From an uncultured Nitrososphaeraceae archaeon (GTDB lineage: Archaea > Thermoproteota > Nitrososphaeria > Nitrososphaerales > Nitrososphaeraceae): a stretch of DNA of 64,000 nucleotides. The position numbers were made by a program, and so were the translations under genes. Where the stretch lies: positions 1,056,001 through 1,120,000 of the forward strand of contig CAVZZA010000003.1 in NCBI GenBank assembly GCA_963779615.1. The letters run 5' to 3'. How positions within the stretch are numbered: the stretch's first letter is position 1; the number at the start of each line of letters is the position of its first letter. This document shows positions 52,941 to 63,059 of this stretch, piece after piece. Below the pieces are notes generated by a model that was not told the DNA's origin, ran no database searches, and saw only the letters and a list, made by a program, of their open reading frames with translations.

Positions 52941-53369
52941 ATGAATCAAACAAATGCAACAGAAAGTGGAATGGAAAGAGGAAATGGAAACAGAAACCTT
53001 GTTCTTTTGTTTATATACAGGGCCCCAAAAAAGAATCACCAAGCGATTGTTGATCTGAACAATCGTGTAATTGGCACGTTTAAGGAATATGGCGTTCAGG
53101 GATTCGAGATGTTCCAGCTAGGGAACACCCAAGACATGATGGGATTTACCAACATAGCCAAAACCATCTCAGCTAATGGGGATGAGGAGGAAGTGTGGTT
53201 GGAAATCCAATCATATAGGGACCACAAACACCTGGAAGAGGTTGGGGCAAAGATGATGAGTGACGAAAAGATGAAAGCGGAGGGTCAACAGTTTATGAAC
53301 CTCATCACACCGGGCTCACGCTGCAGTTTTGGGGAATTCAACCGCCTCACTGAACTGGGCTTTATATAA
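52941..53369 (+). CDS. DUF1428 (YbaA-like) family protein
   Basis: YRAPKKNHQA, GFTNIAKTI, EEVWLE.QSYRD..H and FGEF pattern. Confidence 0.75.
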   Translation: MNQTNATESGMERGNGNRNLVLLFIYRAPKKNHQAIVDLNNRVIGTFKEYGVQGFEMFQLGNTQDMMGFTNIAKTISANGDEEEVWLEIQSYRDHKHLEEVGAKMMSDEKMKAEGQQFMNLITPGSRCSFGEFNRLTELGFI

Positions 53370-53562
53370 CTAGGGTATAGTCATCCCTTTTGCCTCTTCC
53401 TTTGTTATAAATCCCTGTATCCTTTTCCATGTCTGTCTCCTTTCACACGCCATTTCGGAAAAGTCCCTATCCAACAATTCAACCCATTTGTCAACCATTC
53501 CAGGCATGAAATTAGGCAGTAAAAGTTTATTCAACAAAGAATTTGTTTTGAATGCCAAAAAG

Positions 53563-53586
53563 ATGCAAAATGCGGAATTTGAACCC
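53563..53586 (-). other. degenerate tRNA 3'-end copy 2
   Basis: + strand atgcaaaatgcggaatttgaaccc; shares the flank aatgccaaaa with copy 4. Confidence 0.55.
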
Positions 53587-53814
53587 TAAATGTTGGGATA
53601 CAAAATGGGTATGTAAGCATAATTTTTAGACAAGTATCTCAAAAACAATTACCCTTAATCAAAACCTAAAATGAGCCCACCAATCAATCCAAAGCCTATT
53701 TGCTTTCTTTCCCGTAACCATTACCAAACGAGGTAACCACCACCCATTTCTGCAATTGCTGCAACCGCAAATAACGTAAATGCGGATATAAAAAGTAAAA
53801 GTTTATTGTCATCA

Positions 53815-54448
53815 CTATTTGCAGGAACTAATTCCAATTTTATCATCTTCTTCTTTTCTTGGTTAGTAACATATTATGATGACCACGTTACTAGCAATCA
53901 TTGTTCCCAAGATTGCATTTGCCCCCCTTTGTGGGCATCGTAATAGGCGTATACTCATTTGGAAAAATATCAATGGCCCACTTTAATCCCGATGTAACTT
54001 TGAGTTTCTTGATTACAGAACATAGTGAAAAGACAATTATTGCTGTACATATCTGCAGAGATAACAGGGGCGCTATTGGCAAGCCTGTTTGTAAAGTATG
54101 TCATATGAAATGAGGCTTTCCTTGGAGCCAAATCACCAAACTATGCCTATCCTCTGCCTTTGATATTTGGGGTAGAGGTATTGGCTTCCTCTTTACTGAT
54201 GACTGTAATTTTGGTTGTTGTATATACAAAGGGCCTGAGAGGTTTTGGCGGTATTGTTATTGGTACCATGGTTGGCTTGGACATATTTTTTTGGTATTTA
54301 TATCAGGAGCGTCAATGAACCCTGCCAGGTCCTTGGCCCCCGCCTTGTTATCAGGGGGAATGATACGAAACCTATGGCTGTATTGAACCGCCACATTTAT
54401 TGGAACATCCATAATCGCGACAATATTACGAAAAAGTTCAGCAAATAA
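53815..54448 (+). pseudogene. frameshifted MIP/aquaporin gene (copy 2)
   Basis: GKISMAHFNPDVTL (NPA1 mutated) and ISGASMNPARSLAPALLSG (NPA2) in different frames, with stops. Confidence 0.8.
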
Positions 54449-54998
54449 TTGCTTTGTGCATACATTTCAAAAAACATTGTCATTTTCTATCAAAAACAAC
54501 ATAAAAAACAACATATGTAGCAGTTGAAGATGTGTGGCAGCAGAGATAGCAGTTGGCAAAATATTGTAACACAGATACCAAAACTCATTATATTACAAAC
54601 CAACTGAATATCAACATCAGTTGCAAAAGTTAATGCAAGAAAAATTAAAATCTCAAACATAGAAACAGAAATGGACTTTGTGCGGAATTGGCGGTCTTGG
54701 CAGGACTTACAGGTATTGGACTTTTCAATATTTGAACAATATTGAGGTTGTTAGTAAGGCTATTGTAATACGCTATAATACTTTTGACAATATTTCAATA
54801 CCAACAGAAAAAATCAAATTGGGTCGGTAATGGAAGCATTGTTACTTAGCTGTTATGGCCGATCATTAGAAATTACTAATAGGTAACCACACTAAGAATC
54901 TAAAACTAAGTGTCGACCAATCATTACCTATACCCCACAAACGAAATGAACAAAATAATGTAAAAAGTATATACGAAACTTATTCCTTTATACAATTC

Positions 54999-55154
54999 AT
55001 GGCAAAAATGATCAGTTGTCCATGCGGTTGGACACTTATATCTCCCCAGGGAAACGAGGATATAAAAAAGCACATACAGATACATGCTAAGGATCATCAT
55101 CCTGGCCTGACCGAGACAGAGGATGAGGTTGAAAAGATGATCAAAACAGTCTGA
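54999..55154 (+). CDS. DUF1059-like small metal-binding protein (51 aa)
   Basis: Translated by hand: MAKMISCPCGWTLISPQGNEDIKKHIQIHAKDHHPGLTETEDEVEKMIKTV. Confidence 0.75.
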   Translation: MAKMISCPCGWTLISPQGNEDIKKHIQIHAKDHHPGLTETEDEVEKMIKTV

Positions 55155-55221
55155 TGTTAAATCAAAGATGAACCTTGTTTGCTATCACGACTTCAAAAGG
55201 TAGTTGTTTAAAGTCAATGTC

Positions 55222-56160
55222 TTACATGGATTTTGACTCGGTTGTGATTTTTTGCCCTATTAAGTCGTCCATCCAGTTTTGTCTTTTCGGTTCTACGACT
55301 TCCTTGAATATAAAAAGGGAGCAAGATCTCACACCGTCGAACTTCAATATGTTTACGTAGGCCTCTTCAGGCTCCGCAAGAGTAAATGCAAAAAGATTGG
55401 CAAGCAAGATCTTCTCTGCCAGGGTTCGCACTGACCAAAGATTATCTGCGTAAGTTTCCCTTAACTGCTTGACAATCTTGTACCGCTTTGTTGCGTCAAC
55501 CGACAATTCCAATTCATAAAATATTAAGCCTTGTTGTTTTTGGCTATTTATTATTGCTCGGACTACTAACGTTTCTGAAACTAAGAGTTTTGTAATCCTG
55601 TATCTAACCATCCTGGGAGTAAGTGACAACGAGTCAGAAATCTCGTTGATACCTGACAATGCATCATATCGGAGTTTTTGAATAAGTTCCCAATCTAGAC
55701 TATCCGGAATTGAGACGGGTTCTTTTATTGAGTAACTTCCAAGCTTCCACTTGAATAATTCAAATCTATTGGCTATTTCAGCAGCCACTTGATCTATCTC
55801 CTCAGAGGAATTTCCAGTGATACTAACAGATACCACATTCCCTAAGTAGTCAACCGCTTCGACAATAAATGGGAGTCCATGGACATATTTTATGACTCCG
55901 TGTTTGGTGGCAATATTTAAGGCCTCAAATCTATAGGTGTTCATGTTTTTGAATTGAAAAAGCCCCAGGCGGGGCATTGCCTGATAGTACTTGATAAATC
56001 CGTCGTTTTCCATTTTCTTTACCCGTAATCGAACCGTTTTCTCATCCATTCCGAGCTTCCTCCCAATCTCTGACGGGCTAACCCGCCTGTCTATAAACGA
56101 GTCGTAATCTAAACCCTTGAATGCTATTTCACAGAAGATCCTTACATCTTTCGCATCCAT
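55222..56160 (-). CDS. tandem Lrp/AsnC-type transcriptional regulator (two wHTH modules)
   Basis: SEIGRKLGMDEKTVRLRVKKM and DSLDWELIQKL...LSLTPRMVRYRITKL; divergent from the methyltransferase. Confidence 0.85.
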   Translation of the reverse strand: MDAKDVRIFCEIAFKGLDYDSFIDRRVSPSEIGRKLGMDEKTVRLRVKKMENDGFIKYYQAMPRLGLFQFKNMNTYRFEALNIATKHGVIKYVHGLPFIVEAVDYLGNVVSVSITGNSSEEIDQVAAEIANRFELFKWKLGSYSIKEPVSIPDSLDWELIQKLRYDALSGINEISDSLSLTPRMVRYRITKLLVSETLVVRAIINSQKQQGLIFYELELSVDATKRYKIVKQLRETYADNLWSVRTLAEKILLANLFAFTLAEPEEAYVNILKFDGVRSCSLFIFKEVVEPKRQNWMDDLIGQKITTESKSM

Positions 56161-56435
56161 CTAATTGTCCTGAACTTCCCGGCTAAAAAATTTAAAATAA
56201 AGATCATCATCTGCGTTTGACTCAACCATAAAAAAGATGGATGTGACACGCGCGATCTAATTTATGTAAAATACGGGTATAGAACTCCCGCCATTTATTT
56301 ATCATTCATGCGCCTGAACCTATATCATGATACGAGAAGTATTATCACCAACAACCATTGAAATGGAGAGGCACGAACAGGGAATAAGGCAATTAAGCAT
56401 CAGGAGAGGTTCAATGAATTCTAAAGGAGGTTTGG

Positions 56436-57500
56436 ATGCAAATGGTGGCAGATGAAGCAAAGTTGCAGAAATTTATTGAAAAGGCTGTAAACGAATGGGG
56501 AGCAACAGAAGGTGCTTTGATCACTTTTGTTGGCGACAGGCTGGGATTGTTTAAAGCTATGGCGGGAGCAGGTGAGATGACACCTCAAGAACTGGCAGAA
56601 AAGACAGGCACACACCCAAGAATGATTACAGAATGGCTATCAGGGCAAGCCGCTGGAGGTTACGTTATCTACAATAGCACTAAAAGAACATTCTCATTGC
56701 CTGAAGAGCATGCCTTGGCCCTGACTGACGAAAACAGCCCGGCATACGTAGCCGGATTTTACCAATCACTGGTAAGTCTTTTCAAAGACGTGGAAAAAAT
56801 TATTGAGGCATTCAAGACTGGAAAAGGCCTTGGATGGGGGGATCATCACCACTACTTGTTTGAAGGAACTGAAAGATTCTTCAGGCCTAATTACCTAGCC
56901 AATCTAACTAATAGCTGGATTCCAGCGCTCGAAGATGTCGAGTTCAAGCTAAAAAATAACGGAGCTAAAGTAGCAGACGTTGGATGCGGGCATGGCGCAT
57001 CAACAATCATGATGGCAAAAGCATATCCTAATTCAAACGTCATAGGATACGACTTCCATAAACCATCAATTGAGTGGGCTAAAAAACGGGCAGAAAAAGA
57101 GGGCTTGAAAAACCTAACATTTGAAGTGGCAAAGTCATCAGATTATCCTGGTGACGATTATGACTTGGTAACGTTCTTTGACTGCCTCCACGACATGGGT
57201 GATCCTGCAGGTGCTGCCAAACATGTGCTACAGACCTTAAAGAAAAAAAATGGCACCTGGATGGTAGTAGAACCATTTGCCAATGATCAATTAGAGGACA
57301 ATTTAAATCCTATTGGCAGGGTATTTTATTCGGTATCCTCTCTTGTATGCGTTCCTGCTTCTTTAAACGAGAATGGACCGGCACTGGGAGCTCAAGCAGG
57401 TGAACAGAGGACAACAGAAATAATGAAATTGGCAGGGTTTTCGAAGTTTCGTCGGGCTACTCAAACGCCTTTCAACTTGGTCTTAGAGGCACGACCTTAG
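56436..57500 (+). CDS. wHTH plus class I SAM-dependent methyltransferase (Rv2258c-like), second family member
   Basis: GDRLGLF, EWLSGQAAGGY, VADVGCGHG, FFDCLHDMGDP and LGAQAGE. Confidence 0.92.
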   Translation: MQMVADEAKLQKFIEKAVNEWGATEGALITFVGDRLGLFKAMAGAGEMTPQELAEKTGTHPRMITEWLSGQAAGGYVIYNSTKRTFSLPEEHALALTDENSPAYVAGFYQSLVSLFKDVEKIIEAFKTGKGLGWGDHHHYLFEGTERFFRPNYLANLTNSWIPALEDVEFKLKNNGAKVADVGCGHGASTIMMAKAYPNSNVIGYDFHKPSIEWAKKRAEKEGLKNLTFEVAKSSDYPGDDYDLVTFFDCLHDMGDPAGAAKHVLQTLKKKNGTWMVVEPFANDQLEDNLNPIGRVFYSVSSLVCVPASLNENGPALGAQAGEQRTTEIMKLAGFSKFRRATQTPFNLVLEARP

Positions 57501-57959
57501 TCCACATAACTGTCAAGGATTATTTCATGGTTTGAACCAGATATAATTTAAATCCTATGAGACGTTAATGACGACATACAATTGCAAAACTTATCCACAG
57601 TCTCATCATTAATTTTTAGACAAGGTTTATGATCATGAAGAAGAACTACTCAATAGTAATGTAGCGAAAATAACAGAGGAACAAAAATATTTGGGATGAA
57701 TTATTGCAGAGAGGCATCATCTAAGACGAATGTGCTATTGTATGCATCTGGCTTTGTATTATGTGCCAATAAACCACTTCCTCATATTGAGCCCGGTGTA
57801 ACATTTTTTGTGTTTTTTGAGCAAATAACTTGCTGCCAACCCCCCAGACCTTTGCAGTATCAGGAGACCGCCTACCTGCAATATCCTTAAAAGAAATTAT
57901 GGCTGCTGGTTGGTTTTGACAAATCAAATAGAAGAGTACCAGAATTCCTCGCACCATCA

Positions 57960-58145
57960 CTAGAATCCTGAAAAAATGATAACCTGATGAGATTGATGTC
58001 CCTTGGCATTATGTGTAATAGATGATTGATTTTGTTGGTGCTGTTCTGCTAGGACGCTTTTATAATCCATTACTAGGAACCCTATGGCATATGTTAATGC
58101 GGTTGGTATAGCCACAAATAAGATAAATGCAAATGGTTTTGGCAT
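57960..58145 (-). CDS. small membrane or secreted protein
   Basis: Hydrophobic N-terminus; 61 aa. Confidence 0.35.
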   Translation of the reverse strand: MPKPFAFILFVAIPTALTYAIGFLVMDYKSVLAEQHQQNQSSITHNAKGHQSHQVIIFSGF

Positions 58146-58370
58146 AGTAAACGTGTTGTGAATCCATCTTTTTACAAATTGTAATACCAGTTAAAGGGTT
58201 TCTCTAAACATAATTAACTTAATAACTCGAACATGGATTTATGGTCAATATGAAAATATGAAAATTAATATGCATATTCAAAAACTGTGTTGACTCCAAT
58301 CGCGTTCATAATACTTTTGTGACTTTACAACAATTTCGTCAGAGAATTATCCACATGAAGTTAGAAAGAA

Positions 58371-58394
58371 GTGCGAAGTGCGGGATTTGAACCC
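58371..58394 (-). other. tRNA 3'-end copy 3
   Basis: Reverse complement GGGTTCAAATCCCGCACTTCGCAC, a T-arm plus acceptor strand with no 5' half adjacent. Confidence 0.7.
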
Positions 58395-58786
58395 TTAATT
58401 ATTGTCTTATCAATATGTTGGGTGTAGTTAATGATTGAACTAATATGTTCAATCAAAATACTTCTATCAAACAATGAACCTCTTAATATGCAATAAGTTA
58501 TAGTTATAGTATTTCCGAAATATCACATATTCGGGCAGGCTCATATCTTATCATGGATAGAAGCTCAAATAATGCGCCTTATTTCAAAATAAGCAAAATA
58601 AAGAGGATGAACAGATTTTGCTTTCTACATCAATTTTGTACTAAGCACGTAGTACACCATAATTATTTAACCAACAATACTGTACTATTGTCGTCATTAT
58701 CATCATGTTTCTCTAATAAACACAACCTTTGGAGTTTATTGAGAAAAAAGACTTCTTATATAATGATAAATGTACTCCTACATTTA

Positions 58787-60172
58787 ATGACAAGTAATAT
58801 ACCAGACAAATTCAACTTTAGCCAATTCATATTAGGAATATACATCATAATTATTTTTATACCATTAACAACAGATAATTTATTTCAATTGCCCAGTGCA
58901 CGAGCACAAAATGCTATAGTTGATGATCCTGATTTGGACAAAAAAGATGTTGCAAAGGCGTTGATTGACAAAGCGGAGGCATTAGAAAAGCTGGGTGACC
59001 ACACCGGAGCTTTAGAATCGTATGATAATGCCTCGGCCATAAACCCCACCAGCACAAAGGCGTTGACTGACAAAGGGAAGCTTCTGGAAAAGATGGGTGA
59101 CCACACCGGAGCTTTAGATTCCTACGGTCAAGCGTTGGTCATAAACCCCAATAGCACAAGGGCTTTGATAGAGAAAGGGGAGCTTCTGGAAAAGGTGGGT
59201 GACCACACCGGAGCTTTAGAATCGTATGATAAGGCCTTGGCCATAAACCCCACCAGCACAAGGGCTTTGATAGAGAAAGGGGAGCTTCTGGAAAAGATGG
59301 GTGACCACACCGGAGCTTTAGAATCCTACGGTCAAGCGCTGGCCAAAAACCCCACCAGCACAAGTGCGTTGACTGACAAAGGGGAGCTTCTGGAAAAGAT
59401 GGGTGACCACACCGGAGCTTTAGAATCCTACGGTCAAGCGCTGGCCATAAACCCCACCAGCACAAGGGCTTTGATAGAGAAAGGGGAGCTTTTGGAAAAG
59501 ATGGACAACAATACCGGAGCTTTAGAATCCTACGGTCAAGCGCTGGCCATAAACCCCACCAGCACAAAGGCGTTGACTGACAAAGGGCAGATTCTTGAAA
59601 AGGCGGGCAACAATACCGGAGCTTTAGAATCGTATGATAAGGCCTTGGCCATAAACCCCACCAGCACAAGGGCTTTGATAGAGAAAGGGGAGCTTTTGGA
59701 AAAGATGGGTGACCACACCGGAGCTTTAGAATCGTATGATAAGGCCTTGGCCATAAACCCCACCAGCACAAGGGCGTTGACTGACAAAGGGGAGCTTCTG
59801 GAAAAGGCGGGCAACAATACCGGAGCTTTAGAATCGTATGATAAGGCCTTGGCCATAAACCCCACCAGCACAAAGGCGTTGACTGACAAAGGGAGGATTC
59901 TGGAAAAGGCGGGCAACAATACCGGAGCTTTAGAATCGTATGATAATGCCTCGGCCATAAACCCCACCAGCACAAGGGCGTTGATAGAGAAAGGGGAGCT
60001 TCTGGAAAAGGTGGGCAACAATACCGGAGCTTTAGAATCGTATGATAATGCCTCGGCCATAAACCCCACCAGCACAAGGGCTTTGATAGAGAAAGGGGAG
60101 CTTCTGGAAAAGGTGGGCAACAATACCGGAGCTATACAAAATATTATAAAACCCATTCCAAACTCCCAATAA
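58787..60172 (+). CDS. secreted or membrane-anchored TPR protein with 11 full and one partial near-identical 34-aa repeats
   Basis: Hydrophobic N-terminus ending ARA; 102-nt repeats (ALIEKGELLEK.G..TGALESY..ALAINPTST); start moved from 58553. Confidence 0.9.
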   Translation: MTSNIPDKFNFSQFILGIYIIIIFIPLTTDNLFQLPSARAQNAIVDDPDLDKKDVAKALIDKAEALEKLGDHTGALESYDNASAINPTSTKALTDKGKLLEKMGDHTGALDSYGQALVINPNSTRALIEKGELLEKVGDHTGALESYDKALAINPTSTRALIEKGELLEKMGDHTGALESYGQALAKNPTSTSALTDKGELLEKMGDHTGALESYGQALAINPTSTRALIEKGELLEKMDNNTGALESYGQALAINPTSTKALTDKGQILEKAGNNTGALESYDKALAINPTSTRALIEKGELLEKMGDHTGALESYDKALAINPTSTRALTDKGELLEKAGNNTGALESYDKALAINPTSTKALTDKGRILEKAGNNTGALESYDNASAINPTSTRALIEKGELLEKVGNNTGALESYDNASAINPTSTRALIEKGELLEKVGNNTGAIQNIIKPIPNSQ

Positions 60173-60661
60173 AGGCTTTGATTTACAAAGGTGAGGCAGT
60201 GGAGAATCTTGGTAACATACAAAGGTAATCAACCAAATACTGTAAGAGAGACAATAAAATCATTTAACTTGTAAGTCAACTGGACATTATTTTGGATATT
60301 TGTTTAGAATTCGCATTTCGTTATTGTCTGATGATATTTACCATTTTTGGTAAAATTATCATTATCATTTTATTCTAATAAACAGTATTCTGATTTTATC
60401 CATGCATGAGCAAATTCACCCAAAGTTTCAAATCCAGTATAATTTTTATTTATTATTTAATACATAGATCGTTTCCCTTTAATTCAACTGTAAAACTTCC
60501 ATTTTAGTTGTTTTTGTGGATTTGTGTTTGCTCTTTCATAACACATTCTATATCATTCACCAAGCTTTAGCTGTTTCGTCAACAATTTACGAGCAGACCT
60601 AAACAATTTTATCTATTTGTCAATAATCCAGTCAACAAATCACCCATCTCAAATGCCAAAA

Positions 60662-60685
60662 GGTGCGAAGTGCGGGATTTGAACC
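60662..60685 (-). other. tRNA 3'-end copy 4
   Basis: + strand ggtgcgaagtgcgggatttgaacc, 23 bp identical to copy 3. Confidence 0.7.
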
Positions 60686-60928
60686 TGCATCTTGCACTCA
60701 CGGATTCATAATAACAATCCAATATATCACCTAAATATCAAATCATACAATACCTAATCAAATATGGAGCCTTTACAATTCAACAATTTTATTTTAAATC
60801 ATCAGGTAGATTTTACCAATGCTTTGTTTCCGTGTCTATGAAGTTTGATTATTTATATTCATTTTTTATTGCATCGCATGTAATGGGTACTTAATATTGT
60901 ATTTTTACCACCTATCTTCCGATCATAC

Positions 60929-61300
60929 ATGAGAGAATTCAAAAAGCGGGGTTATCTGTATGTCACCATCATGTTCTTCGCCATTGCATGGCTTGTGCAT
61001 GGGATTACTGCATACAATCAATTTGCAGATGAGCAGAATGAGCATGGACAACCATTTGAAATGAATGCTTTTTGGAATGAATTCATAAGGCAGACAACAG
61101 AAAACTGGCAATCAGAATTCCTACAGTTGGCTTGGCAGATAGGTGGGCTTATGATATTGTTTGCAGTTGCCTCTCCCCAGGACCGCATAGGTGACCAAAG
61201 AAAGGAGAAAATGCTCGAGAAACTATTGGAGTTGAAAATGAGCAAGGAAGATTATGAAAACTTTATGGCAAAGTTGGGGGAAAAATACCCTGAGAAATAA
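60929..61300 (+). CDS. DUF6766-like small membrane protein
   Basis: ENWQSEFLQL motif and two hydrophobic segments. Confidence 0.7.
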   Translation: MREFKKRGYLYVTIMFFAIAWLVHGITAYNQFADEQNEHGQPFEMNAFWNEFIRQTTENWQSEFLQLAWQIGGLMILFAVASPQDRIGDQRKEKMLEKLLELKMSKEDYENFMAKLGEKYPEK

Positions 61301-61440
61301 TATCCATCCAAAATTTATTATTCCCATTGGACCAACAGTATTTGATTTGCTGATTTATTGCGTATAAAATACCAATCCAATATCAATAAGAAAAGAAAGT
61401 AAAAACAGTAACAATATTAGATATATGACAACCGCATTAA

Positions 61441-63039
61441 TTGCAATGGTTGCAAAATAATACAGAGTCAAACTTTTCAGATGAAAAGTCACGGACTGCA
61501 TTTGGTGAGAGAACATTTGGCAATTGTATAACCATTACAATAGACGGGGTGGAGACATTTTGGCAGATTCATGAGGCTATACGTCAAGCAAAATCAAGCA
61601 TATGCATAGCAAGCTATGATTTTGACCCACAACTGCGTCTCATTAGGGAAGGAATGCAACAACAGTCACCCCCAAACTTGATACATTCTCAATGTAAAAC
61701 AGAGGAACAAAAACAAAGTTTTAACCGTGACAATGGGGCAAAAATAACAGATATTACTTTGGAAGGTCTTTTGGTCGAAAAGGCAATGCAGGGTTTGGAC
61801 ATTAAAATAGTTGTTTGGGAGCCAAGGTTTATCATCAGGGCAATGCCAGGAAGCAAAAAGCGGGGAATTGAAGGCAGGGCAAAAAAGGTAAAGACACTCC
61901 GGAAACTAGCAAGGCGTTATGGTGTTGAAAACCGCATTGAAATAAGGTTTGACAGCAACGCGCCTGCCCTTACATCCGGTTTTCATGAGAAGATCATCAT
62001 AGTGGATAGCAAAATAGGCTTTTGTGGTGGATATGATCTATTGGGAAACAAATGGGATACGAGTTGCCATGGTTTTGAGAACCCCTCAAGAGACAATGGT
62101 TCCTCACCCTGGCATGACATTCACGCGATGGTCAAGGGACCTATATTATGGGATTTGATATTCCATTTCAATCAAAGGTGGGTTTTCGCCATGACAAAGA
62201 AAATTCAAGAAGCCAGGGATGTCAAAATTGGCTCATTAGCGTTTTTCAGCATGCCTTTTGTTGCCAATACTAACTATGACCCTGAAGGAGACACAGAGAT
62301 TATCGCACTCAGAACTTGGAAGGGGTTAGACATGGATGGAAATGGACTCAAGGGTAGCAGCAGTACTGATGAGGGCATTCGTTCATGGTATGCACGAATG
62401 TTCAAAAAAGCAAAATACAGCATTTATGTTGAGGACCAATTTCCATTCCAAGACATTTCAATCACCAATACCCTTAAGAAACAGATGGAGCAAGAAAAGA
62501 ACCTCAAAGCTATAATAGTGTTACCAATGAAGCCAAATCTGCCAAAGTCTGCACTGGCTCTAATCTCAAAGGAAAGCATCAATGATATAAACAACAATTT
62601 GTCATCCTTGCGAAAGGCAGGAGGAGGCAGGGTTAAAACATACTCTTTGATATCGCAGCATCCATCCATTGCAGAAAAAAGAACCCAAATCTATGTGCAT
62701 TCAAAGATAATGATAGTGGATGACCGTTGGATAACGATAGGCTCTGCAAATATGGATAGAAAAGGGTTCAAGGACTCCACCGAACTGGACATTGGAGTGA
62801 CGTCGCCTAAACTGGCGAAACAAACAAGGGTAAAACTATGGAATGAGCATATAAGCCATGAGAGCCCCTCTCTTTCCAGCTTCGATTTAAATGACTTTGA
62901 GTCAGGATTCAAAGCCTGGGAGACATTGGCAAACGATAACGGAAAGCGGGTGCTTGACAATGAGCCAATACAGGGACATGCGTATTATTACAATTTTGAA
63001 GAGATAAACCTTCCTTCCCCTTATCCAAACGCCAAATAG
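61441..63039 (+). CDS. phospholipase D family protein (two HKD motifs)
   Basis: HEKIIIVD...GFCGGYDL, PWHDIH, YVEDQF and YVHSKIMIVDD...IGSAN. Confidence 0.92.
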   Translation: MQWLQNNTESNFSDEKSRTAFGERTFGNCITITIDGVETFWQIHEAIRQAKSSICIASYDFDPQLRLIREGMQQQSPPNLIHSQCKTEEQKQSFNRDNGAKITDITLEGLLVEKAMQGLDIKIVVWEPRFIIRAMPGSKKRGIEGRAKKVKTLRKLARRYGVENRIEIRFDSNAPALTSGFHEKIIIVDSKIGFCGGYDLLGNKWDTSCHGFENPSRDNGSSPWHDIHAMVKGPILWDLIFHFNQRWVFAMTKKIQEARDVKIGSLAFFSMPFVANTNYDPEGDTEIIALRTWKGLDMDGNGLKGSSSTDEGIRSWYARMFKKAKYSIYVEDQFPFQDISITNTLKKQMEQEKNLKAIIVLPMKPNLPKSALALISKESINDINNNLSSLRKAGGGRVKTYSLISQHPSIAEKRTQIYVHSKIMIVDDRWITIGSANMDRKGFKDSTELDIGVTSPKLAKQTRVKLWNEHISHESPSLSSFDLNDFESGFKAWETLANDNGKRVLDNEPIQGHAYYYNFEEINLPSPYPNAK

Positions 63040-63059
63040 ATAAGGAAAAAATTACTGAT

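Noticed and set aside
59139-60222. Long Cys/Trp-rich and other minus-strand ORFs
   Set aside because: Antisense shadows of the 102-nt TPR repeats
52445-60685. Intact tRNA genes at the GGTTCAAATCC motifs
   Set aside because: Only T-arm and acceptor 3' strands are present; no D-arm or anticodon arm adjacent
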